Positions 1 through 11,204 of a stretch of DNA of 64,000 nucleotides are shown here, piece after piece (the stretch's first letter is position 1; each line of letters opens with the position of its first letter). The notes under the pieces are model-generated. The model ran no database searches, was not told where the DNA came from, and worked only from the letters and a program-made list of their open reading frames with translations. The translations under genes were made by a program, and so were the position numbers. The stretch is from Blasia pusilla (lineage: Eukaryota), in the NCBI GenBank assembly GCA_050084515.1, contig CM114271.1:26722001-26786000 (forward strand), in the 5' to 3' direction.

Positions 1-1684
1 TTTGGTTTCACAGCAGACGATGGATATCAACGCATCAACCGTTATTTGATGGATATCTCGTTCTGGAGAGGAGCGATCCGCAATTCCGTCCTCTGTGCTG
101 TACTTCTGTTGTCCCCTACTGCGTAAGACTCGGATTCCGTCACGGTGCCCAGCAGATCGGAGGAGCGTGGCTTCCGAATCGAAGCTCTACTAGTTGCTTC
201 CATGCTGACCTTTAAGGACCGCGCATGCAATCGCCAGAAATCACGTCCACCGGAGTCGGAAACTCAAGACTCAGTTCTCGATGTGAATTGTGAGCGGTGC
301 ACTCATACCGACTTCTGATTCAATGAAACAAAAGAAGTCCTGAAGATCAGCGCGAACTCGCATCAATTTTCGCCGGCTACCGCTCGTGCTCAGAACGAAA
401 TGCCGCGACGACAATCGACGCGCTACTCGAGCTCGCGGGACGACGCATGCATGTCCACAAACTCCAAAACGCACGAAGCACGGCAGGAGCGCATGAAATA
501 TATCATTATCTATCCGCAAACACGTACGTTGTCCCGCCCCGAGCTTCACCGCGCACGGGCAGGGCGAGCTCGTCGACCGTCGACGGCCGATCAGCCGGGA
601 AGACAGTAGTGTTGCACGTGGATCCCCGACCGAAGAGACGCTGCAGTGGCTCGACTGTCGCTGCAGCCGGAATCCCAATCGCCTCATGGCAAAGAATTCC
701 TCGTGAACGAGCAAACGGCCATGGGAGTTCTTGCTCTGGAATCTTGGGCCTGTTCAAGCCAAGACAGCGGGGCCGTTAGCAGCGAGGGAGGGCATCGCCA
801 CAGCTCCGCAGGTCGCGATTGCCAGCATCTCCAGACCTCCCTCCTCCTCCTCAATCAAAGAAAGAACAATCTCCTGGCCGTTCGGCATACATCTTCCTCC
901 TCCTCATCGCCGTTCTTCTCCAATCACCCCATTTCCGCTACTCTCGACACCTTCACAAATTCCACGGCGAGCCTGGCAGGCCAGTTCACGACTCCAGCTA
1001 AAACGGAACGCGCGATTGATTCGGACCTACACATACCACACACACATGACTGTTTTCATTTCATTCTACGACATTCGGGACGAATCGCGCCTCGCGAGCG
1101 AACGAACGGACGACCTTCACGTCTGGTGAGCGGGGGGTCTGTGTGCGGACGGGAAGACTCGGGAGAACCGTTGACGGAAGCTGCGGCAATGATGCCGCGG
1201 TGATTAGCCGTCCTTTCCGTCCGTCGTCGGCGCCAGCCATGATGATGGCGGTGAAGCCACGGACGCCGGCAGAACGACCGGAGCCAATGTTCGGAGCCGT
1301 TTCGTTTCGAAATAGTCGGCCAAAACCTGCCCGGAAGGGAGCCATTTCTGAAAACCGGCGTACCGTTCCCGGCCGTAAAATACCGGGAACTAACCGGTTC
1401 CCGTGGAAAAACTCCCCGGGATCCTGATCGGAGCTCCAAACTCGGGGCTCGGCTCGTGCCGTTGCTGCTCGTACGTAACGCCGTCATTGCGCTTCGCACC
1501 ACTTATCGTTTCGTAATCATTTCCCGCTACTGGCAATCACTGCGATTCCCAAACCATCATTGATCCCCCCCCGCCTTCACAAAGCACCCCCTTTCTCGTC
1601 GTCACCGTCACGCCTTCACAGTGCGCGTACGTGTCCCTAGTTCCGTTCCGTTCCGTTCCGTTCGGTTCGAGGTACCCATCCCCC

Positions 1685-1995
1685 GGTGGATATAAATTTT
1701 AATAGAAATTTGGATGGAAAACCCATCGGATGCAAAGGTGGGGGAATGTAGAGAAAACAATTCGCGGGTCAAAACCGGCCCTCGAGAGATAGAAGGGGGT
1801 TTCTCTCCTAACAACCAATATCTCTAGTGACACCTAGAGAATTATGGTAATTATTTAGTGGGCTTCTAGCATTGGCGTCTCCAATCGCCAGAGCCGACCG
1901 CTAAAGCCCATTTGCTTGGACACGATACAAAGTTATGGAGATCCGTTGCCTACAATAAAGAATCGCAGTGGGTAAGGATCACCCATTTCTCGACT
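1685..1995 (+). repeat. Dispersed direct repeat, copy 1 (LTR-like; homologous to ~9785-10137)
   Basis: TAGTGGGCTTCTAGCATTGGCGTCTCCAA...CCGTTGCCTACAATAAAG...CCCATTTCTCGAC aligns by eye with 9997-10137. The upstream GGATGG(A/G)AAACCCATC and AACCGGCCC...GAAGGGGG blocks are also shared. Boundaries approximate. Confidence 0.8.
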
Positions 1996-3399
1996 GTAGA
2001 TGATGGGCGCAAACCGTAAGGAACGAGTCAAACCTTTCACCCATAGCCCCGTACATCTCAATGGCTAGGGGGATAAATCGATGGCCGTCATGAAGTCGAC
2101 TATAAATATGGGTCTTCTATACCGCCGTCGCCGCCTCCGACGCTCCTTGTAGGAATCTTCCTTGTGCCACCATTTAGGCTCGCAACGCCTCCCGCATAAG
2201 ATCCATCACTACAACATCCGCTACCACCATCTCAGACTCCCGCGTCATGTAGAGATCACCACAGATAAGGAAATCCCGCACGAGGGTAAGAGTCAAAGGT
2301 AAACGTATAAGGTAAGAGGTGGTGCAAAGGAAAGGTGTTGGGGAAAAAAAAAACATGGAAGGTACGAGAAGATATAGAGAATAGAGAATATTGTGTAGTG
2401 AAGAAAATGTAAGAATGTGAGTATATTGTTATGTGGATTGTTTTTACGAGAGTAGAAAATCGGATAGAATACATGGTTCAGCAAAGAGCTTCAAAGAGAA
2501 CTTTGGCTTAGGCATGTGAGCTTTGGGAGATAAATTTGCGGACAAACATATGGAAATGGTTACATATGATTTTGTATGCATGTGGATGGGTAAATAGAAA
2601 GTTATAGTGTATGAGAGAGGGATAGTGTATAGAGGAGTGCTCATTGAGGATAGCACGTAGAAGAAAAAGACAATGTGATGCATTTATCATGGTCCATAGG
2701 CTTAGATATAGGAAGAATTAAAGGAATGTAATGACTAGTAAATGTATTAAGGAATTGTGTTGTACACAAATATATGATATGTTTGTCTTTGTTGTACCAC
2801 AAAGACACAAATGTCATACATTTATGGAATCATTTGTACGAATTGCATACATTGAGATACATTTACGGTTGTCATGTTTTGTACAAAATTTTGCAAAGAA
2901 TGCGGTAAAAGTTGAAGAGTGTATGTTGCGCATAGAAAGGATGTAATGGGCTATAGTAAACTGAATGGAATGTTGCTAATTATATCCCTTATAGTGAATG
3001 AGAATGGAAATATTTGCACAACAAATAATAATAACATTGTTGAAGCAAGAAACATACTTCTGAGGTAGGATAATGCATACATAAGTAAGAGATTGAGTCT
3101 ATTTATATGAAATGTAATTTCAATGGTAATTAACACTTTGGAGATTCATGAGAGAAACAATCGAGAATAAGAATGAGATGTGGAGGAAGTAATGTGACAC
3201 AGAAGAAAATGAAGAACATTAACATTAGATTCAAAAGTGTCCTTAAAATTTGCAAAATTCTGATTGAAGCCGTTAAAATAATAAGAAGTACATAGTAGTG
3301 GTCTTTGGAACATAAATGACAATGTCAAAGTAGTAGTGTTATCAATGATAATAAAGTAGTGTTAGTCTTATCAAATTACCAATATATAGTAGTAAAATT

Positions 3400-4600
3400 T
3401 TATAAGTGTCTATCAACGATGGAAGAGAGACTCAATGATGTTGGCTTGCAATTGAAGCTTTGGATTTCTAGCAATCTTAGGCTCGATATCTTTGAGGAAA
3501 TCTTTGAGGTAGGAAATTGTATCTTTGAACTTCTCGGAATAATACTGAATCTGATCCTTTTGGTTGTCAATCTCTTCATATAGAGAGGACGCAAGGTCTT
3601 CTTGTAATTGTAAGTGTATCTCCAATTTTCCAACTCGACACTTAGCCTCATAAGATCTTATTGGGGCTTATTCATGCACATGGAGTGGAAGAGAGTCGTA
3701 TTGTGTTGTAGTGCGTCTAGTCGAAGTTGTTTAGTAGTGCACTCTACTAGACGATATCCTAGACCCAATCTACACACATGAAAATAAATAAGGCACATAA
3801 GAACAAGTAGTAGTACATGGAGAGAGTAGAAGATGAATGGAGACATGGATAGGAATTAAGTAGAGTGGGACACTGCTCTGCTTATATTTAATGCGATATT
3901 TGTAATCAAAGTAGAGATAGTTGGCTAAATGACATTCATAAACATATTTGAAAAATTATTTAAGAAAAATGAAATGACGTAGAAATGAATTGTATGGCAA
4001 TTTAATGGAAAGCATAACTTGCTAGAGATACATATGTTGAGAGAGAAAATTTTAAAGTTATTCAAAATTTATAATAAAATTGTGAAAAAATAGAACAACG
4101 TAGATTCACAGAGGAAAATTGCAATAGCCGGGTTTGGAGTATTTCGAAGTGAGGAGCACTTGTTTATGAACCTGCACAAAATATGGTACAAAATATATAA
4201 GTGTGGTATATAGTAAATAATAATCACGGATTCAATATACATAAAGTAAAGAATTTAAAAGAGTAAAAGTTGAATCAAAAGGATATATAGGTAAGCATGA
4301 ATGATAAAGGATGGTACTTAGAAATCTTATGCACAATTATGCTTCCCTAGTGAATCGACAAGGTTGGCGTTATTGTATGAAGTATTGTCTTGAATATGCG
4401 ATGTAGACATGTCAAAATCTGATAGGATTGGAATATTGTGGGACCTGTCGATATTTTAGGATGTTATTGGAAACTCTGGGAGTTCACCATTTTTCTTTGC
4501 AAACTTTATGCGGGTCAGTAGATGAGATGTCTTCACTAAAGTGGAATCAAATACCATTTGTAATGGTAAATGGAACTCATGTTTAAGTGTTTGTAACTGA
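3400..4600 (-). mobile_element. Decayed unclassified repeat/TE coding remnant, copy 1 (homologous to ~42125-43100)
   Basis: Minus-strand peptides EDLASSLYEEIDNQKDQIQYYSEKFK (~3580) and SHLLTRIKFAKKNGELPEF..NIPIL (~4490) are collinear with DDLLSSLYEEIDIPMSQIIFLSQKVK and SDLICRLKHAHSSGELFEF..TIPIL at 42.2-43.0 kb. Many stops. Confidence 0.6.
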
Positions 4601-6800
4601 TCTAGTCTAATTCCTCCTTATGCAAGAGAGAATAGTATGTTTTCCTGTGTATATGTTAAAGCGGTTTCTTTGTAATCAATCTTCTTGAATGTAAATGCCT
4701 CTTTTTTAAGTCTTGCAATAAAATGATAGAGTAAATATAGAAGTAAACTTGGAATATCATATGTGCAGTAAGTGTAGATTGTAGAAAACAAAGAGATGTA
4801 AGTAATGAAAAGAGATATATCTGAGGCGAGAGCATACTTGTTAAGAAGCCTAAACTTGTCAATCTTGACCCTTGGCTATAATTTTTTGAATCTACCTACT
4901 AGTGACTTCAATTTCCCAAAAAGCTAAAACAAGATTGAGATTATAATAGAATCTCATTTGGTTCTCAATTGGCTGCACGTAATGTGGTGTGTGTACTTTT
5001 GGGATGCTTTCGATGTTCTTAATCATTGAGGAAAAAAATCCATGTAGCTTGTAGGCACCTACTGGTTGATAGTTAGAAATAGCAAGGGTGTGAAATATGA
5101 TATAAAGTTAAGAGAAAATATGATTAGCTATAATGGAGGCGGAATGAATTGTTCGTGCTGAGGTGTAGAGAGCTTGGGCTCATGCTTGTGAGTGGGCAAG
5201 CTACTTGATCCAACGTGTTGAATCTACTATATGCTTGATACATTTTGACTTCATCCTGTAGCAATTTTCTTACCTTGGATTTTGTGCTCCTATTTCTTGG
5301 AGCTATTCTGCAATGTAAAGATTATTGTATTGAATTAAGGTAATAATCAGATTCGATGTCAAATTTAAGAGAACTCGCAGGCTCAAATAGAGTTAGACTT
5401 GAGGGCATATTTTAGTAAATAGAAAAAGACCAGTCAGTGTTGGTCACACAATGGATATTCATATATGCGAGGGTTGCACACGAACAAAGTCCGTTTCCGT
5501 GTACACCAGGGAAAGTAAGACGAAAGAGAAAAGTGACACCTTACTTGCGAGTGGTCCAAGGTATGTCGTCATAATCGCCGAAGAAACACACCAAAAACTA
5601 TGACAAGGGTGCAAAATATATAGCAACCTCTGCAATGACACCCCACACACAGATCTGAGAGATTAAATGCCAATCACCAAATCAAAGGATAATCATAACA
5701 GTGAAACCGCATCGATGGGATGCTGGAGCCGAAACCAGGCAGCATCAGGTTGAACATTCCCGGCATGTTCTAGATGAAATGCGCCGAGCACAAAGGCATG
5801 CATGGTACATCAGTGAGGAGTACTACCTCCCACACTTCAAGTTTAACTACAAGATCTGGAAAGAGAAGAGTAAACCTAGCATTCTTGCCAAGTTCAGGGA
5901 CAAAGTCTCTCGCATGTATGTGGATGGAGTCGGCTGCTCCCTTGCTGATGGGGTTGTCCGGGTATAGTGCTGCTTCATTTCATGCAAATTTCTCAATAGG
6001 AATTTTTGAAGTTTTGTGAGTTCATGATTTCCCATTGTATCCCTTGTAATTCCGCATTGTCTCTAACAAGTTCTAGATGTGCAGGGTGGCCTGGATGTGG
6101 AAATCATAGATTCCAGTGACTCTGACTATAGTGATACACATCTCCCAAGTCCCCAACCCACCACGCATAGTACCAGACGCCATGTGATACAGGAGGAGCA
6201 GGCGCCAACTGAGGGTGGTGAGGAGGGTATTGCGAGAGATCATGTCGAGCAGAGTGAGGAGGATACTGTTTTGATTCAGAGGCGGAGGAGACCAAAAACG
6301 TAACGTGTGTGGTGAAAAGGTGCAGAAGCGAGATAAGGGTGCGGTAGGATCTCGGAAATCCCGCCGACTGAACCCGGAAGTTGACGTCGAACTAGGTGAT
6401 TCTAGCCCGGTCATAGATAGTCATGGGCCAGGTGATGAAGGCCCAATTGAAGACTCGCATACCCTCGATGAAGTGGTCTTGCAGGCGGATCCACAAATCA
6501 TGGAGACTACACCCAAGGGCATGACTAAAGAAGAAAAAGCCCGAAAGAGGAGGATGATGATGGCTTCACAACAGGTGTCTTGCATTCTGCTCAATTCTGT
6601 CGATGACATTTTTTTATTGTATGTCTTCGGACCATGTCCAGTAATTGTGCTTGTGTTGATATGTTGTAATGTGTTCAGAATCCTACAGATGGGACTCTCA
6701 AGGACGGGGGCATGGACCTTGAAGACCCTTTGGTCTTACCTTTGCAGGACGGTATTGAAGGGATTAGTGCCGACAAATTTCAGGCCACACCTTTACCCGA

Positions 6801-6884
6801 CATTGCGGCCTCTGGATGGCATGCACTCCAACATTGCGGCCTCTGGATGGCATGCACTCCAACATTGCGGCCTCTGGATGGCAT
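6801..6884 (+). repeat. 31-bp tandem repeat, ~2.7 copies
   Basis: CATTGCGGCCTCTGGATGGCATGCACTCCAA repeated head-to-tail. Confidence 0.9.
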
Positions 6885-9784
6885 GTCTTTAAGTCCTTGA
6901 CCACCACGGGGGATGACTTTTTGGTGAGTGTGTAGATGTATCATGCTCGTGTGTGGTGTTGCTCAGAGTAACCCTAAACCCTTTCAACCATAATCTTCAC
7001 ATGTCCCTAAACAATTGGAATGCAACGCTGGAATTTAAAAACATACTTCTAAAAATGTAAGCAAAAAATGTAAGCTAGAATTCAGTATCTAGAATGTAGA
7101 TAGTGAATTCCTCTTGCATCCATACCCCTTACTCCTACCAAAATTTGTAGGATACATCTCCTCAAATTCCATCTGAGGAGAATTCCTGGTTTTGTCACCG
7201 GGTATACTATATCTGAAAAGTTTACAGAATGTCTACTTCATACAGACACATTAAAAATCTGTATGAACATCGCAGCAATCCGAAGTATGTAAATGTGTCA
7301 AGGCCACAAACATAAGAAAACCTACTTCTACCCTCAACCTAACATGGCACACGTGGTCAAGGTCTTGAGGAGCCCCCACTACCTGCCAAACACAAGATGA
7401 CAAAGACTCGAATTGGTTAGTCGTGCCAACGGGGAACAACATACATGCATGAGGAATTCAGGTGTACCATGTAAATACTGCAAATGTAATCACGCTAAAC
7501 TCCGTAAAAAAAATAATTCCAGAAGGAAACAAGGTACCGAGAAATACCCCGGGCTAAATTCAGAAGGGCCATGGAACTCAATACTTTGGACACATCTGAA
7601 ATGTGCTCATTCCCAATAGGTGCTTTGTCATCCACATCAGTCTGATCGATAATGTAGATACTTTTAGGAGTAACTCCGATAACCCAAGGAACATGTTCCT
7701 TCTCCTCAAAGGTGGACACTCTCCTCTTTAACCGGATTGTACAAAAAATCTTGGCAAGCATGTTCTGTTTAGATGCCCCCATCAAATGTTTTATGTCCTT
7801 AATTCGGACAACATTCATCTTAACTCCCTGGTTTTCGACCATTAGAAATTCAGTCAGTTCCTTCTTCTGGAAGTAAGAGTCTAACCATACATGGTCCCCC
7901 ACCAACCGGGCCTTGGGTGAGAATGCAACATTAAATCCAGCATGTAACGGTGCCTGTTCTAGACACTTATAAGTTTCCAACGGAAACCCTAAGACAATCC
8001 ACTCATCCAAATACATTCTGGAGTGAGGATGCAAGCGCTTGCACACAATATCAGCTAAAAAAAAATCTGAACTAGAACTGCTATGTACTATGGGGCTGAC
8101 CCATGTCTAAAGATTGCCCTGGTTCCCTGATAGAAGACCAGTCACGTTTTCAGGTTTTTTAACCTGAATTCCCAACAACCGCAACCCCTTGGCATCTAAA
8201 AACATCGGTTGACCCGACATGGCCCTAATGTGTTTGTCCTTGGTGGTTTTAAACCTACCTCGCCTACTGGCTCAAAAAAGTAACTGTCGATGGCGGACTT
8301 CCAATGTTACTGATGACCTTCAAACCTACACAATACCAAAAACAAGCATAATTCAACAAGCTTCTGAGAACCCTCGAAATAAGAAGAAATTCAAGAAGCA
8401 TCATGTCAAAAAAAAACTGCCCAGAGATGATGTTTCCGACTTGCAAGTAACCTACACAAGTCACAAACAACGATATGGCATTCCTGTACACTAAAGAAGG
8501 GCCATCCTTCCTGTGCATGAGCTAGTATAGGCTAAATGTGATTTATGCTAATCCAAGATGGTCCGAATTGCTAGCAGCTTGTTTCCAGAATTCCTGTGTG
8601 CGTGTGGAGGAACGAATGAGTGATGGATTCGTGGAATGGATCCATCATCTCTCGAGTCTCAATGCTCGAGCATAAGCAAAGCAAAGCGTGTTGATGGATG
8701 GAAGGAAGGAAGGGTAGCATCATTTACCTGCTAGCAAATCAGAATGGCTTTCATGCTAGAATGGTAGGATCATTTATCTGTTAGCACATCAAAATGACAG
8801 ACAAGAATGTCTAGGAAAATTCTGATTGCCTTTATTCTGAGCAGAAGCTTGTAGAATCCCAACACACTCAAACATATCCACAACCCACAATAATCAGGAG
8901 GGATAGCAATTCCAACCAGTGTTGGATTGAAATCAACAAAAGGTAGTAGCTATACCTCGCTTCAGACACAGTTGGATTTAGAGGTCGGACTATATAACTA
9001 AACTTTGAATCAACTGCCCACACGATATATAACCGATCTCACTTAATCCCGATTCACGAACGGCTGTCGCCTCGTCCTTATATCGCTAATAATAATAATG
9101 AATCTTTGACCTCGACCATCTTCAGCCAAATGAAGGTCCTTGAAGTGATTCGCCGTGAGTAAGCGAAACGCCCAAGTTTGAGAAGGAATGAAACGAAGTC
9201 TCTGGCTATGGCTATGGAGAGAACCAACAGTCTGACCTCAAAGATTTCAACTGAGGGAAGGGCGCTGTCATGGCACGATCAAATGTCGAGTAGGTCTGGT
9301 TGTAGAGTCCTGGCCGAGGACCAGACTCGCGAAAGCTGAGACTCACGAAAGCTGAGCGAACAAGACCCGAACAGTTTCACGAACAAGACCCGAAAGCTGA
9401 GCGAATGAGAACGAGAACGAGAACGTGAACGTGAACGAGAGCAAGAATGAGAACAAGAGCAAGAGCGATCGAGAACGAGAAAAGAACAGAGGTGAGCGAA
9501 CGGCGAGCGAACAGCGCCCTAACCCCTCGCGAGAGCCCTAACGCCGTCAAGAACGGACGTCGTCCATCCCTCCCCGTCCTCCCTACCCTCTCGTCCCGTC
9601 CGTCTCTCGAAGGCGTCCGTCGTGACCTCCCATCCTCGGTCGCGACCTCCCCATCCCGGGGCATCCGATCCTAAAACCATCGCCCGACCCAGCTCCAGGT
9701 AGGCCCTACTCTACGCGCATTTAATGCCTTTCCTGGACGAACTATGGACTTCGCAACCGCATAGGATTGTGTGCGAGCCCAGCG

Positions 9785-10137
9785 TGGAGAAATATATTTA
9801 TATATTTATATATTTATATAGAAAAAGGATGGGAAACCCATCACGATACAAAAGAGGGGGCATGGAGACCCAAAAAATAGACCTCAAGAGGCCAGAACCG
9901 GCCCCGAGGAGAAAGAAGGGGGCCTTCCCCCTAACGACCAAAATCACCAACAGCAGAGACAATATCAACAACATCTGGAGAACTATGACTACTACTTAGT
10001 GGGCCTCTAGCATTGGCGTCTCCAACTGCTTGAGCCCGCCAAAGAAGCCCATTTGCCTGGGCGCGCTGCAAAGCTATGGAGACCCGTTGCCTACAATAAA
10101 GTATCGCAGTGGCTAAGGACAACCCATTTCTCGACCA
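9785..10137 (+). repeat. Dispersed direct repeat, copy 2 (homologous to ~1685-1995)
   Basis: Same blocks as copy 1 with roughly one mismatch in four or five bases (estimated by eye). Confidence 0.8.
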
Positions 10138-11204
10138 AGGTGGAAGGAAGGAGGAAGGAGTGAGGTGGAGTGATGGAAGGAAGGTGTGAGTCGCGGGTGG
10201 AGGAGGAAGGGAGAACGGCCGGATAAGGATGCTGGCCAGGCCCCTCCCCCGGGAGGTTTGTCCCGCATAGGAGCACGGGCCAGCCTTCCCAAACCCCGCA
10301 TTTAAAATAGCCTTGGTAGGATGCAACGTAATTAGAGGAGCGGACGTAGTATCCACGAGACGGGGTTAGGATCGGGCCAAGGTAATGCTGGAGTACATGG
10401 TAGGAGCCTTGACGTGGTTGAGCAGCTAAATGGTCACGTTGAACGTGGTTGGGAAGTTGACATGGCAGCAGGGATTTTGGTGGAAGCGGTGTTCGAGCGA
10501 AAGCAGTATTTATGACGCAAGTGTACGTGTCGATGTTGATTGCGAGCGGGATGGGTGATCTGCGTCGAGAGGTTGGGATGGAGTGTTGTGATGGAAACAC
10601 ATGTGTCGATGCCGACGGGTAGTTTGCATCTGTTGACGAGAGGTTTGACGTGTTGGTCGAGGAGAGTGTCGTGTTGCGGAGGTTGCCACACCACATGGAC
10701 GAGTGTGTGTTGACGGTGCAGTAGATTGATCGCGGGCATGTTCAGGTTACCCATTCGAGTCCTTTTTCCCGCACTTATCTTGTGTGATTGAGAGTGTTGG
10801 GTATCGGGTCGTTGTTGGTGTTAGATGGGTGTAGCGATGGTGACGAGTGTAGTCTCCATGCATGTGTAGCATGTTTGTGGATATACGGCGGTTTCTGATT
10901 AGGGGTCGCGTGTATGACCCTAGAGTGTCAGGAGTTTAGGTGAGTTAGTTGGGAGGCTTGAGTGTTGAGTGTGCGTGAGGCCGGGTGTGTCATCATGGGA
11001 TTGGCATTAGCGTAGGTGAGCTAGTGAGGAGTGTGAGAGACTCTTGGTGAGTCTGAGTGCTTGAGCGGGTGAGAGAGGGTTGTCATCACGGCGTTCTTCC
11101 AATGTTCCAAAGAATGGGGTAGTACGAGTAGTGGTAGTGGAGTAACACGGAGTGGTGTGAGGTATTGAGGGGCTTCGAGTAAGGAACCACCCGGACTCCC
11201 ATCC

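Noticed and set aside
1-1650. Many overlapping ORFs in a GC-rich stretch
   Set aside because: They occur on both strands, are low-complexity and show no recognisable domain; expected by chance at high GC.
6801-6884. CRISPR-like repeats
   Set aside because: Head-to-tail tandem repeat without spacers, eukaryotic context, no cas genes.
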